Shown here: positions 36,756-46,031 of the stretch, in pieces | Layout of the letters: every line of letters starts with the position of its first letter | How positions within the stretch are numbered: the first letter of the stretch is position 1 | From: an uncultured Candidatus Saccharibacteria bacterium | GTDB lineage: Bacteria > Patescibacteriota > Minisyncoccia > Portnoybacterales > UBA2143 | Assembly: GCA_964596615.1 (NCBI GenBank) | Contig: CAZQUN010000001.1 | Span: 1,750 to 65,749, forward strand | DNA length: 64,000 nt | Direction of reading: 5' to 3' | Notes under the pieces: model-generated | Seen by the model: the letters and a program-made list of their open reading frames with translations, nothing else | What the model was told of the DNA's origin: nothing | Database searches by the model: none | Position numbers and translations under genes: made by a program

Positions 36756-37454
36756 ATGAGAACAAAAGGATTAGTTTTAGTCGTAGTCGCCCTGGTTGTT
36801 GTTGGATGTGTGTCTAACAAGCAGATCCGGACCGAGCCCGAGTTGGTGGCTCGGATTGATGTTAATAACAAGTGGCAGAATGTCATAGGGTTTGGGCCAG
36901 TTGGTGTCCATTACAAGCAAAAGTTCCTAGGAATTGCCTCTTGGAAGAACGGAAAGATAAATGTACAAAGAACTAAGGGCATTGTACGTTCGACCCTTAG
37001 TAAAAATATTGTGTATTTATCACTCCCGGAAGACGACCCGGAAATAGGGCGATTGCGGATCAGAGTTGAATACAAGCAGGGAAATCTTTGGTTCCGACTT
37101 GGCCCATATCATATTTTTCTCGAAAGCTGGGAAAGAGAAGTCCGTAATGGTTCGGCTGTAGAGCTGATCGTCGGTGAGACTTATTTTCTACCGGGTCTGG
37201 GCTACAAAATCCGGAGAACAAACAAGATCTTCTACGACAAAGAAGGAGCTTATGACAAGGACATAGAAATACACGACGGCTTTTCTTGGAGGCCTATCCC
37301 TGACTATATCGGTAAATACGGCGCTTACTTCATCGGCCATTACACGTGGACACTGGGGATCGCGGGCATGGATCTGAACAAGGATAAGAAAGAGGATGTT
37401 GCCAGGGTTTTCCTCTTTAGAGCAGATCCATCCCTGGAACAAAAATTACGGTAG
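36756..37454 (+). CDS. Secreted lipoprotein B (233 aa)
   Basis: AAGGAGG lies 5 nt before ATG 36756. Signal peptide with an LVVVGC lipobox (MRTKGLVLVVVALVVVGCVSN). The ORF-track start at 36567 is upstream of the promoter and unlikely. Confidence 0.6.
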   Translation: MRTKGLVLVVVALVVVGCVSNKQIRTEPELVARIDVNNKWQNVIGFGPVGVHYKQKFLGIASWKNGKINVQRTKGIVRSTLSKNIVYLSLPEDDPEIGRLRIRVEYKQGNLWFRLGPYHIFLESWEREVRNGSAVELIVGETYFLPGLGYKIRRTNKIFYDKEGAYDKDIEIHDGFSWRPIPDYIGKYGAYFIGHYTWTLGIAGMDLNKDKKEDVARVFLFRADPSLEQKLR

Positions 37455-37475
37455 TCAAACAAGAAGCAAAACAAC

Positions 37476-37506
37476 AAGGCCCGTTCAACACGAACGGGTC
37501 TTTTCT
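37476..37506 (+). terminator. Rho-independent terminator of cassette 2, a paralog of the cassette-1 terminator
   Basis: AAGGCCCGTTC-aacac-GAACGGGTCTT followed by TTTTCT. It is preceded by the same CAAAACAACAAGGCC lead-in as cassette 1. Confidence 0.55.
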
Positions 37507-37843
37507 ATTCCGTAAAAACTTTCTCTTTTTTTAGTTCTTCTAAAATATCTTCCGGAATAGGGATTTCCTGGCCAATTGGACTAATTCCCGGGTAGCGCCA
37601 GGCAGAAATCATTTTCTTTTTTTTATTTACCTGTTGATACATCAACCAAATTTCACTTGGTTTTTTTGTTCCGGCAGGCTGCATCAAAGCAATTGTTTCC
37701 GGAGCAATTCCCTCTTCCTTTCTTTTGAAACTTTTCAAAACCCGGCGAAGCCGTCCTTCACCCAAACCATAATAGCGCATCTTTCTTTTAATATGATTAG
37801 TCCAGTAAAATTCTTTTGTATTCTCGGGCTCTTTGTAAAACAT
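37505..37843 (-). CDS. Hypothetical protein (112 aa)
   Basis: Intact ORF with no recognised motif; its stop abuts the cassette-2 terminator. Confidence 0.4.
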   Translation of the reverse strand: MFYKEPENTKEFYWTNHIKRKMRYYGLGEGRLRRVLKSFKRKEEGIAPETIALMQPAGTKKPSEIWLMYQQVNKKKKMISAWRYPGISPIGQEIPIPEDILEELKKEKVFTE

Positions 37844-37846
37844 AGG

Positions 37847-38425
37847 TTAATTCCGTAAGGTCTTTTTGATACATCTTCTTATCGACAATAATCTCTTTTT
37901 TTCGAAATCGGGATGGTCTTTAAACCACTTTATATTGACCGGCGAGGGATGAGGTAAGACAAATGTTCGCGTTTTATTTAATTCCTGGTCAGCAAAAATT
38001 AGGTCTGTAAATGCCTGTTTGGGAAAGAAAAATTCTGCAGCAATCCTTCCAACCACAAGGTATAACCGAGGGTTTAAATAAGATATCTCTCGCCTGAGCC
38101 AACGGTTTGCCAAATGAAATGACGGTTTTTTATCTCCGCCCTTTTTGTCTTTGCCGGGAAAATACATACCGACTGCCGTAAAATAGAAATTATCAGGATT
38201 ATAGAATGCTTCATCAGAAACTCTATACCACTCGCTCCTTAATCTCTTGCCGCTTTTATCTGAAAAAGGTTTTTGATTCTTGATTGCAGACATTGAAGGA
38301 GCTTGGCTTATTGAAACAATCTTGGCTTCTTGGTTGCCCCAAAAAGAACCAGCCAATTGCCCGAATTCTTTTTTAAAAGACAATCTCATTTTATTTCTAA
38401 ATTTAACAAATTCCCTATTTCCCAT
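37847..38425 (-). CDS. Uracil-DNA glycosylase superfamily protein (divergent)
   Basis: C-terminal LPHPSPVN matches the HPSP motif-B of UDG families 4-6. The N-terminal motif A is GNQEA instead of GEGPG. Confidence 0.55.
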   Translation of the reverse strand: MGNREFVKFRNKMRLSFKKEFGQLAGSFWGNQEAKIVSISQAPSMSAIKNQKPFSDKSGKRLRSEWYRVSDEAFYNPDNFYFTAVGMYFPGKDKKGGDKKPSFHLANRWLRREISYLNPRLYLVVGRIAAEFFFPKQAFTDLIFADQELNKTRTFVLPHPSPVNIKWFKDHPDFEKKRLLSIRRCIKKTLRN

Positions 38426-38456
38426 GGTATTTTTGACATTTTTTATCTAAACCACA

Positions 38457-38855
38457 TTAATGACCCACGTATGCCAAACACTTTTCTACTTTTCTTTCTT
38501 TAAACACGTGGTATCGAGCGTATCCATCGAAAATCAGTAAATCAGAACCTCGAAGTATTAAAGGAGGAATTGGTTTGTCTTGAGAGTTTAATTTTTGCTG
38601 CTCTTTGATTCTTGGCAAAAGGTCTTTCTGAAATTTTTCCGTTTTAAGCATTTCGTAATTCGGTTTAATTTTCCTCACCTCAATTACCTCTAAACTCCAT
38701 TCGGATTTATATAAATCATCTCCATATTTCAAAAAATCGTCTCCGCTCCATTCCTTGTTAGCAATCTCTACCACATAATCTTTTATTTTATCCTCGCTTA
38801 CTAAGCAATATCTAATTCCGTTCAATTTTTTTTCTTTTTTAAAAGATATTTTCAT
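38457..38855 (-). CDS. Hypothetical protein (132 aa)
   Basis: Start set at the internal Met (MKISFKK), 4 nt after the secA stop. The longer ORF-track version would overlap secA coding sequence. Confidence 0.4.
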   Translation of the reverse strand: MKISFKKEKKLNGIRYCLVSEDKIKDYVVEIANKEWSGDDFLKYGDDLYKSEWSLEVIEVRKIKPNYEMLKTEKFQKDLLPRIKEQQKLNSQDKPIPPLILRGSDLLIFDGYARYHVFKERKVEKCLAYVGH

Positions 38856-38859
38856 ATGT

Positions 38860-41247
38860 TTATTTATTCCCACAACACCTTTTATACTTCTTCCCCGAGC
38901 CACATGGACAGGGAGAATTTCGACCAACCTTGTTCTTGTCTTGAACTTTTGGGCTATGCTGATGATGCTCATGGTGATGTTGCCCGGCCGGAGCCAATCC
39001 GACCTGATAAATCATTTTAACTGCTGTTGCCTCAATCGAACCAAGTAATTGCTGGAATAATCTCATTCCTTCATTTTTGTATTCAATCAAAGGGTCTTTC
39101 TGGCCATAGGCCCGCAAACGAACGCTATCCCTTAAATGATCCATATTATCCAAATGGTCCATCCATAAGATATCAACACTTCGAAGCAGAACAAACTTTT
39201 CTGCCTGTCGCATATTTTCTTTTCCCAATTCCTCTTCTTTTTTTTGATAAGTTTCAAGCATTTCTTTTTCTTTTCCTTTTGCCTGTTCTTCGATCATTTC
39301 TATTATTTCTTTTTTAAGGTCTTCTTTTTCTAGAATCTCTCTTCGTCTTTTGTAAATTGTTTCTCTTTGTTTATTCAAAACATCATCATATTCCAAAACA
39401 TGTTTTCTCATATCAAAATGGTGGCCTTCAATTTTTGACTGAGCTGATTCAATTGCTTTTGAAACTAATTTGTTTTCTATGGGCTGGTCATCAGGAACCC
39501 TTAATGTTTCCATTAATGATTTAACCCGGTCACCGCCAAAAATTCGCATCAAATCATCTTCCAATGAAACAAAGAACTGACTTGAACCAGGATCGCCCTG
39601 CCTGCCGGAACGACCGCGCAACTGGTTATCAATCCTTCTGGCTTCATGACGCTCTGTTCCGATAACATGAAGGCCGCCTAATTGAACGACTCCTTCGCCC
39701 AAAACAATATCAACTCCCCGACCAGCCATATTAGTCGCAACTGTGACTGCGCCTTTTTGCCCGGCCCGAGAAATGATTTTGGCTTCTTGTTCATGATTCT
39801 TGGCATTTAGAATCTGGTGAGTAATTCCTTCTTTTTGAAGATATTTGGAAAGAAGTTCATTTTTTTCAATTGAAACTGTTCCGACTAAAACCGGCTGTCC
39901 TTTTTGATATCTTTGTTTAATCTCTTTAACCAATGCCTCGATTTTACCTTTTTCATTTTTGTAAATACTGTCGGGCAAATCTTTCCTCACCATCTCCTTG
40001 TTGGTCGGAATGACAATAACATCCAAGTTATAGACCTTATGGAATTCTTCGGCTGAAGTCAAGGCTGTTCCGGTCATACCAGCCAATTTGGGATACATTC
40101 TGAAATAGTTCTGGAAAGTGATTGAAGCCAAGGTCCGGCTTTCATGCTGGACATTAACTTTTTCTTTGGCTTCCAGGGCCTGATGAAGCCCGTCAGAATA
40201 TCTTCGACCCGGCATTAACCGACCGGTAAATTCATCGACAATTATGACCTGGCCGTCTTTAACAACATAATCCTTGTCTTTTTTGAAAACAATTTCTGCT
40301 CTTAGGGCCTGTTCCAAATGATGGACATAGCGAATTCCCTGCTGGTAAATATTATCCATGCCTAATATTTTTTCTACCTTGTTAATCCCTTCTTCGGTCA
40401 AAGTAACGGCCTTGGCTTTTTCATCTAGATTGTAATCAGCGCTTTCTTTTAGCTTGGGAACAATCGCAGAAAACTGCTGATACATTTTGGTTGATTCAAC
40501 ATCGGGCATGGAGATTATTAAAGGAGTCCTGGCTTCATCAATTAAAATACTATCAACTTCGTCAATGATGGCGAAATGGGGTTTTCTTTGGACCATTACT
40601 TCCAAAGAAGGAGCCATATTATCTCTCAAATAGTCAAAGCCGAATTCATTATTGGTTCCGTACAAAATATCGGCAGCATAAGCTTCTTTTCTTGAAACTT
40701 CTTTCAGGTTTTCCATTTCAACGCTGACTTCTTCTCCGTCCGGTTTTGTTTCGGGAGAAAACAAATATGATTTTTCATGATTAAGGCAGGCGCAAGTCAG
40801 TCCGAGCAAATGATAAATTGGACCCATCCAATTGGCATCTCTTCGGGATAAATAGTCATTAACGGTGATAATATGAACACCATTGCCTGATAGGGCGTTT
40901 AAATAAACTGAAAGAGTCGCGGCTAAAGTTTTTCCTTCGCCGGTTTTCATTTCAGCAATTTTTCCTTGATGAAGAGTGATTCCGCCGATTAATTGAGAAT
41001 CAAAATGCCGCTGGCCAATGGTTCGTTTAGCCGCTTCTCTGATTAAAGCAAAAGCCTCGGGCAGAATATCATCTAAAGTTTTTCCATTTTTTAATTCCTC
41101 TTTGAAACTCTTGGTTTTTTCTTTCAATTTTTCACTAGAAAAAGACTCGAACTGGGGTTCGAGTTGATTTACCTTTTCAACCAATGACTCCATCTTTTTT
41201 AGTTCCTTCTCATTAGCATTACCAAGGAATTTATTTAATATGGACAT
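38860..41247 (-). CDS. secA: Preprotein translocase ATPase SecA
   Basis: 795 aa; DEAD-like motor motifs ([29 protein letters not shown]), C-terminal zinc tail [14 protein letters not shown]. Confidence 0.9.
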   Translation of the reverse strand: MSILNKFLGNANEKELKKMESLVEKVNQLEPQFESFSSEKLKEKTKSFKEELKNGKTLDDILPEAFALIREAAKRTIGQRHFDSQLIGGITLHQGKIAEMKTGEGKTLAATLSVYLNALSGNGVHIITVNDYLSRRDANWMGPIYHLLGLTCACLNHEKSYLFSPETKPDGEEVSVEMENLKEVSRKEAYAADILYGTNNEFGFDYLRDNMAPSLEVMVQRKPHFAIIDEVDSILIDEARTPLIISMPDVESTKMYQQFSAIVPKLKESADYNLDEKAKAVTLTEEGINKVEKILGMDNIYQQGIRYVHHLEQALRAEIVFKKDKDYVVKDGQVIIVDEFTGRLMPGRRYSDGLHQALEAKEKVNVQHESRTLASITFQNYFRMYPKLAGMTGTALTSAEEFHKVYNLDVIVIPTNKEMVRKDLPDSIYKNEKGKIEALVKEIKQRYQKGQPVLVGTVSIEKNELLSKYLQKEGITHQILNAKNHEQEAKIISRAGQKGAVTVATNMAGRGVDIVLGEGVVQLGGLHVIGTERHEARRIDNQLRGRSGRQGDPGSSQFFVSLEDDLMRIFGGDRVKSLMETLRVPDDQPIENKLVSKAIESAQSKIEGHHFDMRKHVLEYDDVLNKQRETIYKRRREILEKEDLKKEIIEMIEEQAKGKEKEMLETYQKKEEELGKENMRQAEKFVLLRSVDILWMDHLDNMDHLRDSVRLRAYGQKDPLIEYKNEGMRLFQQLLGSIEATAVKMIYQVGLAPAGQHHHEHHQHSPKVQDKNKVGRNSPCPCGSGKKYKRCCGNK

Positions 41248-41290
41248 GGTAATATTCTAGGATAAAACAAAGAAAAAATCAACCAACAAC

Positions 41291-41313
41291 AAAAAGCAGC
41301 AATGCTGCTTTTT
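41291..41313 (-). terminator. Bidirectional-looking terminator hairpin (A5-GCAGCA...TGCTGC-T5)
   Basis: AAAAAGCAGCAATGCTGCTTTTT lies between the secA start region and hpf. Confidence 0.5.
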
Positions 41314-41349
41314 ATACTAGCAAGTGAAATTGGAATCTATTATCAAAAA

Positions 41350-41475
41350 CTATTTCTTCTTCTTTCTCCGAACGACTCTTTTCTTGGTTGTTTTTTTTCT
41401 CTTAGCAACTTTTCTCTTTTTTGGAACAGCTTTCTTTACTTTTTTAGCTATTTTCTTCCTAAGTTTTTTTAACAT
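41350..41475 (-). CDS. Candidate 41-aa extremely Lys/Arg-rich small protein between hpf and its terminator
   Basis: The minus-strand ORF encodes MLKKLRKKIAKKVKKAVPKKRKVAKRKKTTKKRVVRRKKKK. No SD is evident. It is flanked by the hpf stop and the terminator at 41291-41313. Confidence 0.25.
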   Translation of the reverse strand: MLKKLRKKIAKKVKKAVPKKRKVAKRKKTTKKRVVRRKKKK

Positions 41476-41526
41476 TTTTTTGTATTTATTAATATATGGA
41501 CAAACCGACCTCCCATTTATCCATCA

Positions 41527-41940
41527 CTATTTCCTCCTAAGAATTTTATTAACCTTCGAACCGCGGAAACGCGCCAGAGGGCTAACCTGCCAGAATTTTT
41601 TCCAGGAACGAGCTCCTCTAATATATTTAGTCGCTTCCTTTTCTTTGTAATGCTTTATTTCTCTGGCTAATTCATCCCTGACTAAGTCAATTGCCGCGTT
41701 TAAGGACTCTTCTGTTTTTTCAGCCCGGATCATATGTCCGTTCAAACCTAAATTAACTTCGGTTAAATAAATATCTCCTTTCCTTTGTCCGCGAGTAACC
41801 ATTCCAACCTCAACCCTGGCCTCAACTAAATTAGGATCAAATTTTCTTAAAAACTTCTCCAAGCCGCCAATCTTTTCCTCGATGTATTGTTTAATGCTTG
41901 GAGATAATTGAATATTGGTTGCTTTAATGACTATCTTCAT
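41527..41940 (-). CDS. hpf: Ribosome hibernation promoting factor / RaiA (S30AE family)
   Basis: 137 aa; S30AE pattern (MKIVIKATNIQLSPSIKQYIEEKIGGLEKF...VEARVEV...). Confidence 0.8.
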   Translation of the reverse strand: MKIVIKATNIQLSPSIKQYIEEKIGGLEKFLRKFDPNLVEARVEVGMVTRGQRKGDIYLTEVNLGLNGHMIRAEKTEESLNAAIDLVRDELAREIKHYKEKEATKYIRGARSWKKFWQVSPLARFRGSKVNKILRRK

Positions 41941-41962
41941 ATTTCTATTCTAGCATAGAAAA

Positions 41963-42817
41963 TTAAAATCCCAAATACTCAATTTCTTCTTCTAATTCTA
42001 TTTGATATTTTTCTTTGATTGTTTCCTTGATTAAATCAATCAATTTAATTACATCTTTGGCCTTGGCGTTGTTAGAGTTGATAATGAAATTAGCGTGTTT
42101 CTGAGATACAACTGCTCCGCCAATCTTTTTACCTTTCAGGCCAGCTTGATCAATGAGGCGGCCAGCTGGAACTGTGTTGTCCCAACAAACAATATCTCTA
42201 GGAATTAACTTCTCTGCTTTTGCTTCGGATTCCGCAATTTTTGTATTTTTGAAAATACACCCCGGGCAAAATTCCCCAATCGGCTGAGTCTGTTTTCTTT
42301 TTTTAATAATTTCCTTAATTAATTTTCTGCTTTCTTTTTGCTTTCCTTTTTCTAATTCTAATTCAACTGAGAGAATAATATTATCTTTTTTTTCTGTCTT
42401 TTTAACTAAATTCTTCATTTCTCCGCCAAAGCAAGAAGCATTAACTTTAACCGCCCCGCCGATTGTTCCCGGAATGCCAATTGCCCATTCCAATCCGGCC
42501 AAACTATTCTCAACTGAAAAATTAACTAAATCACTTAATCTTGCTCCGGCTTCTGATATAATCCTATTGCCCTTAATTGAGTAATTTCTGTTTTCGGTTT
42601 TAATGACTAATCCATTAAATCCCTTATCGCTGATTAAAAGATTACTCCCGCCGCCGAGAATAAAAAAAGGCAGGTTTTCTTTTTTAGCAAAATCAACTGC
42701 CTTAATCAAATCCTGACTGTTTTTAATAACAAAGAAATATTTAGCTGGCCCGCCAATCCTAAAAGTCGTATAGGGCGCTAGCAAAACATTCTTTTGGAAA
42801 TTATTGATACATAACAT
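41963..42817 (-). CDS. murB: UDP-N-acetylenolpyruvoylglucosamine reductase
   Basis: FAD-binding-4 N-domain (APYTTFRIGGPA...ILGGGSNLL) and MurB C-domain. The start is set at MLCINNF; the ORF-track start would overlap the upstream gene by ~60 nt. Confidence 0.85.
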   Translation of the reverse strand: MLCINNFQKNVLLAPYTTFRIGGPAKYFFVIKNSQDLIKAVDFAKKENLPFFILGGGSNLLISDKGFNGLVIKTENRNYSIKGNRIISEAGARLSDLVNFSVENSLAGLEWAIGIPGTIGGAVKVNASCFGGEMKNLVKKTEKKDNIILSVELELEKGKQKESRKLIKEIIKKRKQTQPIGEFCPGCIFKNTKIAESEAKAEKLIPRDIVCWDNTVPAGRLIDQAGLKGKKIGGAVVSQKHANFIINSNNAKAKDVIKLIDLIKETIKEKYQIELEEEIEYLGF

Positions 42818-44585
42818 CGGCGCCAGTGGTGTAATAGCCAACTTCCCAATCATTGACAACATAGACCATATCCCATTTATGGCCAGTCAGAGCAAATTCT
42901 TCAGCAGTCATATTAAGCCAATGCTTTGTTCCATCAGCGTTTAATTCGTAGACCTTAGTACCACTTACTCCTCTAATCATCCATGATTCCGTATATTGAT
43001 TCAAAACAGACTGGTCAATATCAATAATATCTTCCCATTTCAAATGGCCGTAGCGATTGAAAAGTTCGGCCGTTTGTATCCATCTTTTGTAATTGCCTTT
43101 GACAATATAGACCTTGTAGCCGCCTTTGGCTCTGATTAGACTGCCGTCTGGGTAAATAACCGAAGGATTGTTTTCGGAAGAACCTTCTTCTGGAGAATCT
43201 GATTCTTCCGGAACCAAATCATTTGAAATACTTGAGGCGGTAAAAGAGAAAAGAGTAAAAGGATCACTGCTCTTAAAATCACTTTCTTTGAACTGGTTAA
43301 TTGGAATAAGAGTAACGGTTTTGTCTGAGCTGGTGAAGTTGGGGATATAGGCTATTCCCTTTTTATCTTCCAAGGAAAGAGTTTTAACCGTCGTGTTACT
43401 ATACTGGTCAGTAATAATATATGGAACGCTGAAATTACTCCGGTACTGGTCAGCCGAAGCATCAAATTCCAGTTTCAAGGCATCGTTTTCAGTTGGAACA
43501 GTTCCATTCTGCCTGAACCGATACCAGCGAGGCGACCAATCTTTAACCGAACTGCTCCGAGAAACAATCAGACCGGGAAAGCCGCTGTAACTGGCAGAAT
43601 AGTTAACTTTCAATCTTTGAGGGGTCAGGTTTTTATTTAGATAGCAATACTGGCCGCTGTCAATTTGGCAATTATTCAGATAATTAGCTATTGCCCAGTC
43701 AGTAAAAACATCAGAAAATGTTTTTGAATAACCCAAGCTCGACAGGGCAAAATTAATGCTTTCTATCCCAGTCTTGCCGCTCAAAATCGTTCGGGTTAAA
43801 ACTTCTTGGCCGTAATGGTCAACTAGATAGTGTACAAACAGGTTAATTGCTCCGTAATCAGGAACATTGTTTTTCCATTCAGCCAAGGGCTCTGTTGGAT
43901 AATCTAGAAAAGTGTCAACCCGGTCAGCCAAATAACTGTTGTTATAACTCTCACTATACCCACAGACTGTTGGCGCATATTCAGACCGGGCTTCATTCAG
44001 CCAAATATCATCTTCAATACCATGAACAATTGTTTTCTGATAAAAACTGATTAAGTGTTGGAATTCATGGGCAATAAGGGCTTTGTTTTTTGAGCTAAAA
44101 ACATTAACAGCATTGAAATAGATCATTTCCCTTTCATTGGAACTGGCAATTTCCGAACGAGAATACTCATCATAGGTGTTAAAATAGCCACCAGCGTCAC
44201 TAACTAATTCAGTCGCCAAAATGGTGATCCGACTGTCATCATCAATGCCCGGATTCCACTCTGAACCATAGACCGCCCTCAATTTAGGGTAAATAATATT
44301 GTCGAATTCATCAGCCAGAATTTCAAGTTCTTCCCTGATAGCATTTTTGTATGTTCCATTTAATTTCTGGTAATAGTCGTCTTCTAAATAAAAGTAGGCG
44401 TGTTCGCCGATAGCCTTCATGGTCGCCGTAATCTGGGCTCGACCGGAAACATCATAGGTCGAATCAACAAAAAAAGTTTTCTGATCATTAAGATTATCAG
44501 CCAGAGCCAGAGAAGGAAAAACAAAAAATCCTCCTAGAATAAAGAGACCGAAAACTCCAAATTTTAAGTTAATTCTGTAACTCAT
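42801..44585 (-). CDS. Secreted HEXXH zinc-metallopeptidase-like protein with a C-terminal beta-rich domain
   Basis: Signal peptide (FGVFGLFILGGFFVFPSLALA), HEXXH motif (LIAHEFQHLIS), 594 aa. Confidence 0.5.
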   Translation of the reverse strand: MSYRINLKFGVFGLFILGGFFVFPSLALADNLNDQKTFFVDSTYDVSGRAQITATMKAIGEHAYFYLEDDYYQKLNGTYKNAIREELEILADEFDNIIYPKLRAVYGSEWNPGIDDDSRITILATELVSDAGGYFNTYDEYSRSEIASSNEREMIYFNAVNVFSSKNKALIAHEFQHLISFYQKTIVHGIEDDIWLNEARSEYAPTVCGYSESYNNSYLADRVDTFLDYPTEPLAEWKNNVPDYGAINLFVHYLVDHYGQEVLTRTILSGKTGIESINFALSSLGYSKTFSDVFTDWAIANYLNNCQIDSGQYCYLNKNLTPQRLKVNYSASYSGFPGLIVSRSSSVKDWSPRWYRFRQNGTVPTENDALKLEFDASADQYRSNFSVPYIITDQYSNTTVKTLSLEDKKGIAYIPNFTSSDKTVTLIPINQFKESDFKSSDPFTLFSFTASSISNDLVPEESDSPEEGSSENNPSVIYPDGSLIRAKGGYKVYIVKGNYKRWIQTAELFNRYGHLKWEDIIDIDQSVLNQYTESWMIRGVSGTKVYELNADGTKHWLNMTAEEFALTGHKWDMVYVVNDWEVGYYTTGADVMYQ

Positions 44586-44612
44586 AAGTATCTATTTATT
44601 TTAATTGATTTA

Positions 44613-44661
44613 CCTTGATTTATCAAGTCAAGGTGATAGAATGAAAGAACTTGTATATAAT
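44613..44661 (+). promoter_or_regulatory. Divergent promoter region upstream of the glycan island: palindrome plus candidate -35/-10 elements
   Basis: Palindrome CCTTGATTTATCAAGTCAAGG (44613-44633). TTGATT-16-TAGAAT at 44615-44642. TTGTATATAAT (44652-44661) is an extended-minus-10-like element 11 nt before ATG 44673. Confidence 0.4.
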
Positions 44662-44672
44662 AATTTTTTAAT

Positions 44673-46031
44673 ATGCCTAATCTGAAAAAAATCACCCTAT
44701 TCTTCGGTGATGTTATAATCCTTTATTCTTCCCTCTGGCTAATGCTCTTTATCCGCTACGGGGGCAGTTTTGATATGGGGAGATTTGAACAACACTTCTG
44801 GCCTTTCACTATTATCTACTTTTTTTGGTTAATCATCTTTTACATTATCGGTCTCTATGATTTAACCCTAGCTAGAAACAACATTAATTTCTATTCAACC
44901 CTGTTTAAGACATTGGCTATTAATGCTGGTTTGGCAATCTCCTTCTTCTACTTCATTCCATATTTCGGCATCACTCCAAAAACAAATCTTTTTCTTAATC
45001 TTGTCATTGTCGCTTTTCTAATCTCTTTCTGGAGACAAGCCTATAATCGTCTCCTTAAATCCCAGGCTCTAATCAATAATGTCCTCATTATCGGCAAAAG
45101 CGATAAAAACAAGGAAACCAGGCAGATAATGAAATTGGTTAAAAGTAATCCTCAGCTGGGCTATCGGGTAATAAAGACAATTAAGCCAAGCGAGATAAGG
45201 ACCGCCTTTGACCTATTAGAAATGGCTACCCAGAGAAACATTAAAACTATCATTACTGCCATTGATCCCCATTATGATTCTAAATTAGTCCAGAGCTTGT
45301 ATCAATGCCTTCCCCTCAAAATCCATTTCAGCGACCTGCCTTCCTTTTATGAAAAAACATTAGGCAAAGTTCCAATTTCTTCCATTGGTGAAATCTGGTT
45401 TCTGGAAAATCTAACCGAAAGCCAGAAAAACTTCTACGAAGCGGCTAAAAGAATTATTGACATGATTGGGGCTTTGGTTTTCGGATTAGTTAGTCTAATC
45501 TTGTACCCTTTTGTTACTTTAGCCGTTAAGATAGACAGTCCTGGGCCAATTTTTATCAAACAAAGAAGGATTGGTCACGACGGACAGATTTTTACTTTGT
45601 ATAAATTTAGAACTATGTATGCCACCACCAAAGACGGTAGTAGTGAGCCAGGAGGGAAACCTATTTACGCTCAGGTCAATGATCCTCGCATTACTAAATC
45701 AGGCAAATTCTTAAGAAAGAGCCGGTTAGATGAATTGCCCCAGTTATTTAATATTTTATTCGGTCAAATGAGCTTTATTGGTCCCCGACCAGAAAGAATT
45801 GAATTTGTCCAGCAATGTGAAAAAGAAACCCCTTACTATCAAATTCGTCATATTGTTAAACCCGGTTTAACCGGCTGGGCGCAGGTCAATTTCAGATACG
45901 GCGCTTCAGTCAAAGACAGCATTGAAAAACTTCAATACGAACTCTACTATATCAAACACCGCTCTCCAATTTTAGACTTGAGCATTCTTTTAAAAACAAT
46001 CACCATTGTTTTGAAAGGAGGAGGCCGATAA
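44673..46031 (+). CDS. Polyprenyl-phosphate sugar-1-phosphate transferase (WbaP/WcaJ bacterial sugar transferase family)
   Basis: N-terminal TM bundle and a C-terminal catalytic domain with KFRTM, PRITKSGKFLRKSRLDELPQLFNIL and GPRPE motifs. Confidence 0.85.
   Translation: MPNLKKITLFFGDVIILYSSLWLMLFIRYGGSFDMGRFEQHFWPFTIIYFFWLIIFYIIGLYDLTLARNNINFYSTLFKTLAINAGLAISFFYFIPYFGITPKTNLFLNLVIVAFLISFWRQAYNRLLKSQALINNVLIIGKSDKNKETRQIMKLVKSNPQLGYRVIKTIKPSEIRTAFDLLEMATQRNIKTIITAIDPHYDSKLVQSLYQCLPLKIHFSDLPSFYEKTLGKVPISSIGEIWFLENLTESQKNFYEAAKRIIDMIGALVFGLVSLILYPFVTLAVKIDSPGPIFIKQRRIGHDGQIFTLYKFRTMYATTKDGSSEPGGKPIYAQVNDPRITKSGKFLRKSRLDELPQLFNILFGQMSFIGPRPERIEFVQQCEKETPYYQIRHIVKPGLTGWAQVNFRYGASVKDSIEKLQYELYYIKHRSPILDLSILLKTITIVLKGGGR

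Noticed and set aside
41324-41650. Plus-strand 108-aa Phe-rich ORF
   Set aside because: It is the antisense image of the A-rich region (AAA versus TTT) and overlaps hpf. There is no SD, and the product is hydrophobic low-complexity.
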